The notes under the pieces: model-generated | What the model saw: only the letters and a program-made list of their open reading frames with translations | The model's database searches: none | Told to the model about the DNA's origin: nothing | Made by a program: the position numbers and the translations under genes | Assembly (NCBI GenBank): GCA_022424925.1 | Contig: JAKMGM010000160.1 | Coordinates: forward strand, 1 to 41,575 | Length of the DNA: 41,575 nt | Reading direction: 5' to 3' | From: Candidatus Poseidoniaceae archaeon | Lineage (GTDB): Archaea > Thermoplasmatota > Poseidoniia > Poseidoniales > Poseidoniaceae | Part shown: positions 22,316 through 31,934 of the stretch, in pieces | How the letters are laid out: every line of letters begins with the position of its first letter | How positions within the stretch are numbered: position 1 is the first letter of the stretch

Positions 22316-24907
22316 ATGGATACCGATGCGTTGGAGGAACGGATGGCCTTGTGGTCACCTCGCTTCAAACAATGGACTCCAGTATTACTCGTCGTAGTGG
22401 TCTTGTTTACTGTAGGAATAAGCGGTCATCTCATCGTTTCTCCACCGACTTTCAACACCGACTTGGGTGATTTTGCCCCGGAATCTGACTCTCGAACATC
22501 CCATGACCGCATTCATGAATTCTTCCCGAATGAAGCCCGACCGTTGTTCATCCATGTCACTGCTGACGATGGTGGAAATGTACTTTCTATAGAACATCTA
22601 CAGACAATGGATGAACATCTCCACCACATGGAAAACGAGTCTATGAAACGCCAAGATGCCGTTGCTGTATGGACGACTGCACCCGGAATCGTTCAACTCG
22701 CTCTCGATGAGGAGGGTAACAGTACAGATTTGCATTCGGTTCAAGAATGGACTGAAATTCTCGATGCTCTGTTTGATGACGATACAGAATGTACACTCAC
22801 AACAGATGACCAATTGTTGTCTGCCGCACGGTATGTCTCATCGGCTCTTCTCCATTCTGAATTAAACATCGATGCAAGTTGTTCCTACCTCAAAGACGGC
22901 ACCGGCGACGGAGCACCAGTCGCTGCGTCAACGCTCTGGGTGCTGGAGATCAACCCCGAATTGGATGAAGAAGAGCGTAAACTCATTCAAGACCAATTCC
23001 GCTCTGAATTCTCTGCATTGTCCGAATCCTCAGATTTGAACTACGGTGTTGCTTCACTCGACCTCATCTCGTTTGACATCGACCAAGGCACCTTTGACAA
23101 TCTGGCACTGCTCGTAGTATTGGCTCTCGTGGTCGTGGTTGTGCTTCTTGCCATCGCGTTCCGTTCGCTGAATGATGTCGCCTTTCCCTTGATTGGTTTG
23201 TCCTTTGCATTGATTTGGACATACGGCGTTTTGAACGCACTTGGCGTACGTTTTACCGCTTTAGAAGTGGCGGTCGCTCCTCTCGTACTCGGTTTGGGAA
23301 TTGATTATGCGATTCATCTTCAACGTGCATTTGCGGCCATTCGCAAAGAGGTAGAAGACCCGGCTGAAGCATGGCTACGTGCGTGCGCTCGTCTATCAGT
23401 ACCGCTCTCTTTGGCAGTGGTAACGACCGTTGCAGCATTTTTGGCAAACATCATATCTCCTTTGCCCCCACTCGCTACTTTTGGTTATGCTTTGGCCTTC
23501 GGTGTCGTTTGTGCCTTCGCTTCCTCAACCGTCGTTGTTGGCGCACTCCATGTTGTGCGAAACAAACTCTCACCTACGCACAACGCAGTCGCTATAACGA
23601 TGCCAAGTTTAGTCAATACCATCGTTGGTGTGCAACAAAAGCAACAAGTCATGGTACTTCTTGCGGCGATTTTAATTTCAGGCGTTTCGATTGTCGGTGT
23701 CGCTTCGCTTGAGACCGATTTTGATTTGGCTGACTTTGTTGACCCAGAAATGGAGATTATGCAGGTTCGAGATGATATGGACTCAAGTTACGACAGTGCC
23801 GCTTGGAAATTGATTTACATCTTGTTCGAGCCAGCTGATGGTCAAACATCAATCCCCGGAGATGGCTTAATGATTGACGAATTGCGAGGATTGCACAAGG
23901 ATTTGGAAACCAACCATTACGTCGTTGGAACCGACGATTCCCCGGCATCACCATCGTATGAAGGACCCTACGTCCTATTGCGCGACGCCATTTTGCGAAA
24001 CACAACACTGGGCGAGGTCCACAATTTGCAGATTTATGCTGGAGATGTGTATGTCAAGAACACCAGTCTGGGATGTGACCTTGCACCGGTTTTTGCTGCT
24101 CTTTCGAGCAACACTTCTGTCGCCGATGTTCTGTCAGGCGAAACCTGGGCGCAACGCATCACGCAAACGGTTCACCTCGAGAACGGTGAAATCAAATATT
24201 TCCGAAATGAAGTTCGGGTAGAGGCTTCGACATCCGATCAGTCCAACACCGTCATTTCGAGTATTGAAGAGAAAATCGGTACGAAAGGTCTCTCTGGGAC
24301 GCTGCGAAACAACCTCGATGGACATGCAGAATTGCATGTAACCGGCGACTTAGTCATTCTCCAAACGGTTCTCGAAGGACTGAATGCTTCACAGATTAAG
24401 TCGACTGCAATTTCTCTAAGCGTGTCGTTCCTTGTCTTGCTGGTGCTCACTCGACGTGTTGTCCCTGCGTTGGCAGTTCTGTTGCCTGTTGCGCTTGCTT
24501 CGTTATGGGTTGCGGGTTCGATGTTTGTACTGTCCCTCAAGTGGAATGTACTCACCGTGATGGTGACAGCCCTCACACTCGGCATAGGCATTGATTATTC
24601 CATCCACATGTGGCGTCGAATCGAAGTTGAACTTGCCCGTCGTGACACCCATTGGGAAGCGCTGAGAGCAGCCCTTTCGACTACGGGGGTTGCACTTATC
24701 ATGAGTGCTCTGACCACAGCATTTGGCTTCCTCGTACTGATGTTTTCTCCAATGCCAGTGATTCAAGACTTTGGACTCATCACGGCTGTAACTGTCTTTT
24801 TCTCTCTGATGTTAGCGTTACTTTTGTTACCGGTACTGATTGAGTTGTCAGCACGGAACCAAGAAGAAGTTATCGAAGAACTCGAGCCAATTGTTTTTGA
24901 AGGCTAA
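22316..24907 (+). CDS. RND-superfamily / MMPL-type exporter, second paralogue
   Basis: Motifs GLGIDYAIHLQRAF and GIGIDYSIHMWRRIE sit at the two TM bundles. It has about 12 TM segments and two large acidic extracytoplasmic loops, the same architecture as 10040-12991. Confidence 0.88.
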   Translation: MDTDALEERMALWSPRFKQWTPVLLVVVVLFTVGISGHLIVSPPTFNTDLGDFAPESDSRTSHDRIHEFFPNEARPLFIHVTADDGGNVLSIEHLQTMDEHLHHMENESMKRQDAVAVWTTAPGIVQLALDEEGNSTDLHSVQEWTEILDALFDDDTECTLTTDDQLLSAARYVSSALLHSELNIDASCSYLKDGTGDGAPVAASTLWVLEINPELDEEERKLIQDQFRSEFSALSESSDLNYGVASLDLISFDIDQGTFDNLALLVVLALVVVVVLLAIAFRSLNDVAFPLIGLSFALIWTYGVLNALGVRFTALEVAVAPLVLGLGIDYAIHLQRAFAAIRKEVEDPAEAWLRACARLSVPLSLAVVTTVAAFLANIISPLPPLATFGYALAFGVVCAFASSTVVVGALHVVRNKLSPTHNAVAITMPSLVNTIVGVQQKQQVMVLLAAILISGVSIVGVASLETDFDLADFVDPEMEIMQVRDDMDSSYDSAAWKLIYILFEPADGQTSIPGDGLMIDELRGLHKDLETNHYVVGTDDSPASPSYEGPYVLLRDAILRNTTLGEVHNLQIYAGDVYVKNTSLGCDLAPVFAALSSNTSVADVLSGETWAQRITQTVHLENGEIKYFRNEVRVEASTSDQSNTVISSIEEKIGTKGLSGTLRNNLDGHAELHVTGDLVILQTVLEGLNASQIKSTAISLSVSFLVLLVLTRRVVPALAVLLPVALASLWVAGSMFVLSLKWNVLTVMVTALTLGIGIDYSIHMWRRIEVELARRDTHWEALRAALSTTGVALIMSALTTAFGFLVLMFSPMPVIQDFGLITAVTVFFSLMLALLLLPVLIELSARNQEEVIEELEPIVFEG

Positions 24908-25492
24908 TTAGAGTGTTGAGAGCGCTTCAACAATTTCGTCCATGGAGAGGTTTTGCTCCCGTGCGACAAGGGCTAAGCACATCCAAAGCGTTGCGTAACC
25001 GAGGGCCTGCATTTTACGTTGAGCCCGGCGTTCGACCTCATCCACCGACAGTTGCGAAGACTTCGCAATGAATTTCGTTAATCGTTTCGTTAGCCTTCCT
25101 CTTGGGTCATCAGAATGTACTTCTTGCGAATCACTGGCAGCAACAGTCGGTTTGGGTTGGATTGGCTGCAGTGGTTTTTCGGGGACTGAATCACCTTTCG
25201 TGGCGACGCCATTTGATACAGAAACCGGCTTCAGTAACCGAGAAGGCCGAGGAAACCAACCAAGAGGCGACTTGACATCATCGAGGGTGACGGTTGGCAT
25301 GAGGGCGTTTTCCTCCCCGGATAACCATCCACTTTTGATCAGAGCTTGAACGGCTTTCTCTGCTTCATCCGGTGAAATCCATTCCATATCGAAAGAAAGA
25401 ATCCTCTCAATGTCCAGTGCATCAAGTGCCTGTCCGTCTCGAAAACATATAGCGAGTACTCGACGTACATCCTCGATGTCTTCACTCGCCAC
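24908..25492 (-). CDS. Archaeal DUF2240-like protein
   Basis: N-terminal ...ILSFDMEWISPDEAEKAVQALIKSGWL..., a Pro-rich linker and C-terminal ...QLSVDEVERRAQRKMQALGYATLWMCLALVAREQNLSMDEIV match my recollection of the two-module DUF2240 architecture. Not verified. Confidence 0.55.
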   Translation of the reverse strand: MASEDIEDVRRVLAICFRDGQALDALDIERILSFDMEWISPDEAEKAVQALIKSGWLSGEENALMPTVTLDDVKSPLGWFPRPSRLLKPVSVSNGVATKGDSVPEKPLQPIQPKPTVAASDSQEVHSDDPRGRLTKRLTKFIAKSSQLSVDEVERRAQRKMQALGYATLWMCLALVAREQNLSMDEIVEALSTL

Positions 25493-25530
25493 AGACTGAG
25501 CATCGACTGCCTGTAAAAGAAGTTAAGCAT

Positions 25531-28500
25531 TCATGCAATTCGAGTGAACGATTCGTCCTCATTTTGCTGCCAACTTCCGATTTCTGGCCCGGAATAGACG
25601 GTAATTCCACCGTCATAACTGTAGGTTCCACCACCGGGTAAGTTCGCATAAACAGCAACGGTGGTTGCGCTAAAACCGGTCTCCTCAATCGCTTCTGACA
25701 CAGGTGTTCGTGGTGGTGGCCCGCTCAAGTTCGACGGCTTCACGGCGGATTGTGTGCGTTGAGGAGGTCCACTCAATGGCCTTGCGACCTCGGTCAAGAC
25801 GCCCTCATCGTCTGTAGAACCCTTGCTTCGGCGGGTGAACGCAAGTATGATGAAGAGCAAGAGGATTCCGACACCACCAGCAAGGGCTGCCGTGGAGAAT
25901 GAAAAACCGTCAGTGTCTTGTGAATAGTTTTGTGACCAAACATTGTTTGTTTCACTCAGTTCCCAAATATCGTGTTCGGCATCGAGTTCAATCAGCAAAC
26001 TCCAGTCACCGTCGGGTACGGTAAACGATGAGCGTACTTCGAGGTTGGAGTCGCTTTGCATCCCAGTTACCAGTTCCCTTCCAACGACGGTTACAACACC
26101 GTCCTGGACGGTGCTTAATGTGACATTGAACGTGTTTTCAATCGTCTCCCCGATGCTTTGGACTTCTACGGCGACTCTGTATGTTGCACCACCGCTGTTT
26201 TCGCCTTCAAAACTGACGCCACCGATGGCCAAATCAGGTCCAATGTTGTTCAATGATGAGGTGAGCCATGGGCTTGTTTCTGAATTCCCACCTGTGCTGG
26301 CCAGAGGTAACCCTGCGTCGTCAAAGCCCGTAGCCCAACATGCAATGCTCGATTGAGTTGAAAGGGTAGAAGGGTCGCCTTGCTCGGCAAAGTTGAATAC
26401 AAAACTGAACAGAGTTTTGCCGTCAAAAACCGTGGTTGGTTCTCGAATTTGGGTGAGGACAGGCCAATCGAAGTTGAGGGAGCGTATCTGGCACGAGAGT
26501 GTCAGATTCCCAGTCCATGAAGTGGATTCATCGATGTTGACGCCAATCTCGACACTTTCCAAGCGGTAGCGAGAAATGCCACTTGTCATGCTTGAAGGAA
26601 CGAGCAGTGGCGGATTGTTATCAAGCAGCATGTTTGGGAGTTCTGTCGAGAACAATTGTTCTGCGTTGTAAGGGTCCCAGATTTCGAGCACGGTTTGGTG
26701 CCACAACCCTGCGCCAGTTGGTGCTTGAATGCGTGCAGATAACTGACCCTCAGTGACTTCAACTGCATAGCTTTGAGAGAAGAACTCGTCCTGCACTTTC
26801 CCTCTCCAAAACACGGAAAGTGCACCGTTGTAGGGCGTTTCACTCCGCTCATGCAGGACGGTTGCGTTGAGCAAAACGTCTTCACCGGAAACAATGCTCC
26901 AACCTGGCTCAAGGTTTCCTTGCACAGAACCTCCAGCATCGCTTGGCACTTCGAAATCGATAGAGAGTTCTCGCTCCAGCGTCCATTCACCCGAAAGTGG
27001 CATTGTTTGCGTGCCGTCGTAATCATCGACCTCGACCAGTACATGTCCGATTTCGAGACCAGAGGTCGTGAATGTCCAATCAGCCGTTCCAATGAACCAT
27101 AGAGAATAGGTGTTGTTGACGACTTCAGCATAGCAGGAAGCATCCACAGAGATTCGAGCGTCTAAGGCTGCACACGTGTTCTGCGTTGGTCGATAGACCA
27201 TGCCTAAGCCTTCGTCGTCCCCGAGTACGAGTCGAACCTCAGCGATATCGGTGAGAGCATTTGAGTCTGAAACCACGACATGCCATCCAAAATGCCCTGT
27301 TGGCTCGATTCGCTGAATTGTTTCATTTGTTGCGTCGAAGAGTGATTCGACCAGTGTAATGTTCGCTTTTTGTGGGGTTCGACTCATCCAAGAAGTCTTT
27401 CCAAAATCTTTGCTTTGCCCATCAGCACGGATTGCTTTTCCTGCGAGGTTTGTGCCTTCAAGCGTCACGTGAACCATTTGGTGGTCGTTGTTTGCGGTAT
27501 CGTTCACCGTTAAGTTGAGCGTCCAGTCGTTACCGGTGTTTGAGATATACAATGGCGTCTCTACACGCTCGTTTTCAGAGGCAATACCGTCAGAATTTGT
27601 ATCATGTTCGGCTTCTATCCAAAGGTAGGCTTTGACAGAATCCGTATTGAAACCACCCACGTCAAAGAAAGAAAACACCACAGAACGCTCTTGCTCTTCG
27701 TTGATGTATGAATTGTTCAACGGTGTTTTCGATGTTTCAACCGGCGAATCGACGTTGACGGTTATGTGCTTTGATGACGGGTTAACATTGAGCACAAAGT
27801 CATCTTGAGTACGTGCCTCAATCCACAACCGGGCGTCTCCAGAACTGTCGTTCGATAGCGTGTGTCGAAGAACAGTTTCCATGCCCGTAGTAAGGGGCGT
27901 CCACTCACCGGTCGAATTGAACCATCCGTTGCTTGGGCTGAGAACATCGACATGTATCCGAGCCTCTATCAAGCCATACAACAGGCGTGTTCCTGATTCA
28001 TTGAAACTGTGGTCGACGGTGATTTCAATGTCAACGCCGTCGGGAAACACTTCGTTTTCGGTCAATGATGCGTCTCCGACGCTCGTGAATGCGGATTGGT
28101 ATGACGTCACATGGACATCGAGGATGTTTTTGATTTCGATGACCTCTGGCGATTGAAAAATGGAGTTGTGATGGCCGTATGTACGAAGTTCTGGGGCGAT
28201 GTAATCACTGGTAATGCCCGCATTGATTGCAATGTCCCAGTTCAATGTATCACCTTGATGACTGGTTGATTGCACTTGGACATCAAGGTCTGATTGACGG
28301 AGGATGTTTGCAGGGTCGTGCACCGTGAAGGTCGCAGTGTTGGAATTCCAGGTTATGTTTGCTGAATCAGAGGAAGGTAGTGTAAACCCATCAACGTTTG
28401 TTTGGTGGAGGAGAAGCGAGTAGTTGGCGTCAACAGAAAATGAAGAATGGAAGGTTTGGAGTGTGATTTGGGCGGCATTGGGATGCATTGTAGCAGGAAT

Positions 28501-30126
28501 CGAAGAAAGCAAAGACGCTTCTTCTGCATAGATTTCAACGCTGTCCAAATCTGGAGAAAACCATTTGTCCAACTCACTGGTTTCCATTTGTATGCGATAC
28601 TGGATGAAGGACATTCCCTCACCTTGCTCGGTAAGAGAGTGATTGCCAGTTTGGTAATATTCCGAGGTGCTCTGCGGGCCGAGCGGTTTCCACACCGACG
28701 AGGTCGTATCAGATGGACTGGCTCCAAAGCGGTACTGAAGGCGTAAATCGGTATCGGTTGCTAAAGTACCGTTAAATTGTAGCCACACGGGAGATGCTAC
28801 ACCATTCGTACTTTGTCGCAGGTCAATGAGCGATGAAGTAATCCAGCCAGACTGCGATGCAGGGTTGTAGTAAATACCAGAATCGTCGACATAATTGGTC
28901 GACCACGTCGAGAAACGTGAAGAAGATGAATCACCAGCTGCATAGAGAATTGAATCGTTTGTTCCGGTCAGGGTAAGGTCATAGATATCGTTCGGTAAGT
29001 CGGTGTGGATTGTCCACTGTTCAGTCAATGGATTGTAGCCGTGGACTTCGTTTGTTTGTGCCCCCCAGCCCGTGCCGGTCACGCCTCCAGCGAGAATGAT
29101 TTCGTTGTTATGAACGGTAGCCGCGTGTGCTGCCACATCGAACGGAAGTGCGGTGTGGTTCATCCAAACATCGTTTTGGGCATCGTAGACTTCTGTATGG
29201 TTGGTCGGTGCAGTGTAGTACTGACCGGAAACAGGGTCATACTGGCGAGCAATTCCCCCCATCGCGTACAGTTTACCGTGAAACTCGGTGAGCGTGAATG
29301 AATGACGAGCAAGGCTCATGTTGGCCATTTGATCCCACGTGTTCGTTTGTGGATTATAGCGCAGTGTGGCGTTTGAAAAGTCGGAACGGTCCTTTCGACC
29401 CACACCACCTGCCGAGTAAACAAATCCGCCGAGGTCTTCAACAGCGGCAAGACCAACAGCGTTGGAGCCTGGCATCAGTGCTCCAGCATACCACGTGCTG
29501 TTGCTCGTGTTGAATATCTGCAAAAGACCTTCAGAACGAATCTCCGGTGTTGTGAAGGGGTGATGGTCACCCACTGCGTAAATGATTGGTCCAATGGTCG
29601 TGCAACCGAAGTACATTTGGTTGACGGGCATAGTCGAATCCAATGGTTCCCACGTACCGTTCACGATACTGAACGCTTCAAGCGAACGGGTTGGTTCCTC
29701 ATCGTTTGATTGTACCGGGTCTGGATCAATAATTCCGCCCATGAGGTACACCTTGCCTGCGTCTTCCACATATGTGGCACACGCCCCGGTTCTCGGGGAC
29801 ATCAGACTTGAGTTGGTGAGGGATTGCATGGACAAGACTGGTCGCTCAAGCAACGCTTCACCGTTTGATGCGTCGATGGATACGTTGCTTAACGCAAACC
29901 CGTCAGAGGTGTTGAACGACAGGTCGGTATGAATGCCGTGGTGCGGTTTGTGTACTTCTGAAGGTTCAAGATTTCCTCCAGCAACGTGCTGTGATAGTGC
30001 TGCCAGTGGAGTGACGAGCATAATCGATGCAAGCCACAATGCAAGGCAGACTTTCTTGTCCATGTCAAATGGTAATCGGTCGGATTCAATACCTTTACTC
30101 ATCGATGATAGACAATAAGAGTTCAT
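25531..30126 (-). CDS. Giant exported surface protein (about 1510-1531 aa): signal peptide, six-bladed Kelch beta-propeller, beta-sandwich/Ig-like array, CARDB, TM anchor, 101-aa cytoplasmic tail
   Basis: Kelch blades include KVYLMGGI, IIYAVGD, FVYSAGGVG...RYNPQTNTWDQ, RHSFTLTEFHGKLYAMGGI...VYDAQNDVWM and IILAGGV...GYNPLTEQW. CARDB reads GPDLAIGGVSFEG...YRVAVEVQSIG...ELSETNNVWSQ. The TM is AALAGGVGILLLFIILAF. The likely true start is MDKKVCLALWLASIMLVTPLAALS (ATG at 30063). Confidence 0.88.
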   Translation of the reverse strand: MNSYCLSSMSKGIESDRLPFDMDKKVCLALWLASIMLVTPLAALSQHVAGGNLEPSEVHKPHHGIHTDLSFNTSDGFALSNVSIDASNGEALLERPVLSMQSLTNSSLMSPRTGACATYVEDAGKVYLMGGIIDPDPVQSNDEEPTRSLEAFSIVNGTWEPLDSTMPVNQMYFGCTTIGPIIYAVGDHHPFTTPEIRSEGLLQIFNTSNSTWYAGALMPGSNAVGLAAVEDLGGFVYSAGGVGRKDRSDFSNATLRYNPQTNTWDQMANMSLARHSFTLTEFHGKLYAMGGIARQYDPVSGQYYTAPTNHTEVYDAQNDVWMNHTALPFDVAAHAATVHNNEIILAGGVTGTGWGAQTNEVHGYNPLTEQWTIHTDLPNDIYDLTLTGTNDSILYAAGDSSSSRFSTWSTNYVDDSGIYYNPASQSGWITSSLIDLRQSTNGVASPVWLQFNGTLATDTDLRLQYRFGASPSDTTSSVWKPLGPQSTSEYYQTGNHSLTEQGEGMSFIQYRIQMETSELDKWFSPDLDSVEIYAEEASLLSSIPATMHPNAAQITLQTFHSSFSVDANYSLLLHQTNVDGFTLPSSDSANITWNSNTATFTVHDPANILRQSDLDVQVQSTSHQGDTLNWDIAINAGITSDYIAPELRTYGHHNSIFQSPEVIEIKNILDVHVTSYQSAFTSVGDASLTENEVFPDGVDIEITVDHSFNESGTRLLYGLIEARIHVDVLSPSNGWFNSTGEWTPLTTGMETVLRHTLSNDSSGDARLWIEARTQDDFVLNVNPSSKHITVNVDSPVETSKTPLNNSYINEEQERSVVFSFFDVGGFNTDSVKAYLWIEAEHDTNSDGIASENERVETPLYISNTGNDWTLNLTVNDTANNDHQMVHVTLEGTNLAGKAIRADGQSKDFGKTSWMSRTPQKANITLVESLFDATNETIQRIEPTGHFGWHVVVSDSNALTDIAEVRLVLGDDEGLGMVYRPTQNTCAALDARISVDASCYAEVVNNTYSLWFIGTADWTFTTSGLEIGHVLVEVDDYDGTQTMPLSGEWTLERELSIDFEVPSDAGGSVQGNLEPGWSIVSGEDVLLNATVLHERSETPYNGALSVFWRGKVQDEFFSQSYAVEVTEGQLSARIQAPTGAGLWHQTVLEIWDPYNAEQLFSTELPNMLLDNNPPLLVPSSMTSGISRYRLESVEIGVNIDESTSWTGNLTLSCQIRSLNFDWPVLTQIREPTTVFDGKTLFSFVFNFAEQGDPSTLSTQSSIACWATGFDDAGLPLASTGGNSETSPWLTSSLNNIGPDLAIGGVSFEGENSGGATYRVAVEVQSIGETIENTFNVTLSTVQDGVVTVVGRELVTGMQSDSNLEVRSSFTVPDGDWSLLIELDAEHDIWELSETNNVWSQNYSQDTDGFSFSTAALAGGVGILLLFIILAFTRRSKGSTDDEGVLTEVARPLSGPPQRTQSAVKPSNLSGPPPRTPVSEAIEETGFSATTVAVYANLPGGGTYSYDGGITVYSGPEIGSWQQNEDESFTRIA

Positions 30127-30137
30127 GAAGGGTAGAA

Positions 30138-31562
30138 ATGTATGCTAACTGCCGAAGCCATAGGTTCATTCGGTCAAGGGGTATGCGCCCACTGGAGGAG
30201 TTGAGTTTGTCACGAGAATATGTAGCCCGAGACCCGCGTACAGGTCTTCCGATTCGCGTTGCCAAAACACGCAAATCTGCGAAAAAACTCAAAGCGAAAT
30301 CGGGACCATGGGTTTCGTTATCTGACAACGATGTTTTTGCGTTGCTCAAGAATGAAATCGACTCAGCAACGATTCGATGGGACAGCCGCTCTTTGACCCT
30401 TCACCGTGTTGATGCAATTCGTGCCTTGGGACGTTTTCACGGCGCTCGGATTCATCAAGCGCATGGTTTACTGCTTCAGTGTCTGGAATCCGATGATGCT
30501 GAGGTGCGAGCTGCAGCGCTTGATGTGATGCCCGAAGTGGCCGTCTTGAAACCAGACGAATTGTTTGACTGGCTCTCGGTTCTTCTTGATGATGATGACA
30601 TCAATGTTCGCAAGGCTGCAAGCCGATGTTTGACAACGACATCTCCGATTTTCCCATCTGCTATTCATTCAATTTTAGCCAACGAGTTACGTTCGACGGT
30701 TCGTTATCGAAGCGATGCTGCGTGGGCGGGTCTTTCGGGGTTGTGCGATACATGGCCTGAAGTGGTCGTCGACCACGTCGATTCGCTGCTCCTTGAGGAA
30801 GAAGTGGCTCTTCGCAAGAAAGCTACGGCTCTTCTCAAGCGTATAGTGGGTAAAGGTGATTCGGCTGTTTGGGATTTGATTTCTTGGTCACTCAACGATG
30901 CCGAGGTAGAGGTGCGACGGATTGCAGCCAAAAACCTCCCCGCTTTGGCACGCAGAGAATCTCGAATGGCAACACTGTTTGCCGAACGAGCACTCGTCGA
31001 TGCAGACTCGCAGGTTCGCCTGAGTGCAATCAAGGCGGTTCAAGTGATGGATACCGATCACGGACGAGCCAGAGAACTCGTCGTCCGGGGTACGAAATCC
31101 AAGGATGTGAAAGTTCGCTCGGCTTGCATCGATTTGCTCCCTCGATTGTTTGGAGAGGAAGTCCTTCGAACCATGGCTATCGAGTTGCTCAACACGGAGA
31201 CAGACACATCAATCATCACTTCGCTCAAGGAAATGGTGTTTGATGCCTCGCTTGATGGTACAGAAGCACAAAAGAACGCCCAACTCGCACCTTCGGCTCC
31301 CGTTCCAGCACTTGACAGGGAAGTGGCTGAGGCTCAGGGGCAACGTGTCGGACTTGAACCGGTTCGTTCTGGCGATTTGACCGCTGATTCAACACCTGTA
31401 CCTGCGGACTCAGAGCCAACAACGAAAACCGAAACACCGTCGCTCACTCCTGAAAAAGACCCAACCTCCTCGTTGTATCGCTCTGTGAGTCAGGATGAAA
31501 TGATGGGCTATGATGATGATTTTGAAGACGAAAACCCGTCGGATGATGAAGAATATTTCTGA
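30138..31562 (+). CDS. Cytoplasmic HEAT-repeat (PBS-lyase-type) protein with acidic C-terminal tail
   Basis: Repeated D(A/D)(E/D).VR.AA...L units: DDAEVRAAALDVM, DDDINVRKAASRCL, EEVALRKKATALL, DAEVEVRRIAAKNL, DADSQVRLSAIKAV, SKDVKVRSACIDLL. It ends DDDFEDENPSDDEEYF and has no TM. The start is 30138 or 30183. Confidence 0.8.
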   Translation: MYANCRSHRFIRSRGMRPLEELSLSREYVARDPRTGLPIRVAKTRKSAKKLKAKSGPWVSLSDNDVFALLKNEIDSATIRWDSRSLTLHRVDAIRALGRFHGARIHQAHGLLLQCLESDDAEVRAAALDVMPEVAVLKPDELFDWLSVLLDDDDINVRKAASRCLTTTSPIFPSAIHSILANELRSTVRYRSDAAWAGLSGLCDTWPEVVVDHVDSLLLEEEVALRKKATALLKRIVGKGDSAVWDLISWSLNDAEVEVRRIAAKNLPALARRESRMATLFAERALVDADSQVRLSAIKAVQVMDTDHGRARELVVRGTKSKDVKVRSACIDLLPRLFGEEVLRTMAIELLNTETDTSIITSLKEMVFDASLDGTEAQKNAQLAPSAPVPALDREVAEAQGQRVGLEPVRSGDLTADSTPVPADSEPTTKTETPSLTPEKDPTSSLYRSVSQDEMMGYDDDFEDENPSDDEEYF

Positions 31563-31657
31563 CATCTGTGCGGTTTTCCGTTCATAATCTGTCACCTTGC
31601 ATGTCGGTATGGTTAAGAGGGGGCGGTCAGTGGACGGCTTGCTTAGAGGTGAATAAC

Positions 31658-31870
31658 ATGGTTGAAGCATTCAATGATAAGGCTGAGCAGTTCGAACGCT
31701 TGTGGGACGGAATTACCCCCAAGGGCGTCAATAGAAACAAATCTCTCAAGTTCCGACAATACATTTTGGAACATGTCCGACAACTCCAGCGTCCGCTTAC
31801 CCGTGACAACGCACGAAAGTACTGGATGGGTCAACTGCAGGCCGAGATCAAAGAGCGCGACAACTTCTGA
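31658..31870 (+). CDS. Small hypothetical protein (70 aa)
   Basis: ORF MVEAFNDKAEQFERLWDGITPKGVNRNKSLKFRQYILEHVRQLQRPLTRDNARKYWMGQLQAEIKERDNF has a helical, coding-like composition. No family recognised. The start is placed at an internal ATG of the listed ORF. Confidence 0.45.
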   Translation: MVEAFNDKAEQFERLWDGITPKGVNRNKSLKFRQYILEHVRQLQRPLTRDNARKYWMGQLQAEIKERDNF

Positions 31871-31934
31871 TTCCATTCGATTGGTTGCCACCGTCTCGGC
31901 AGCCTCATCGATACACTGAGACGGAGATGATCAC

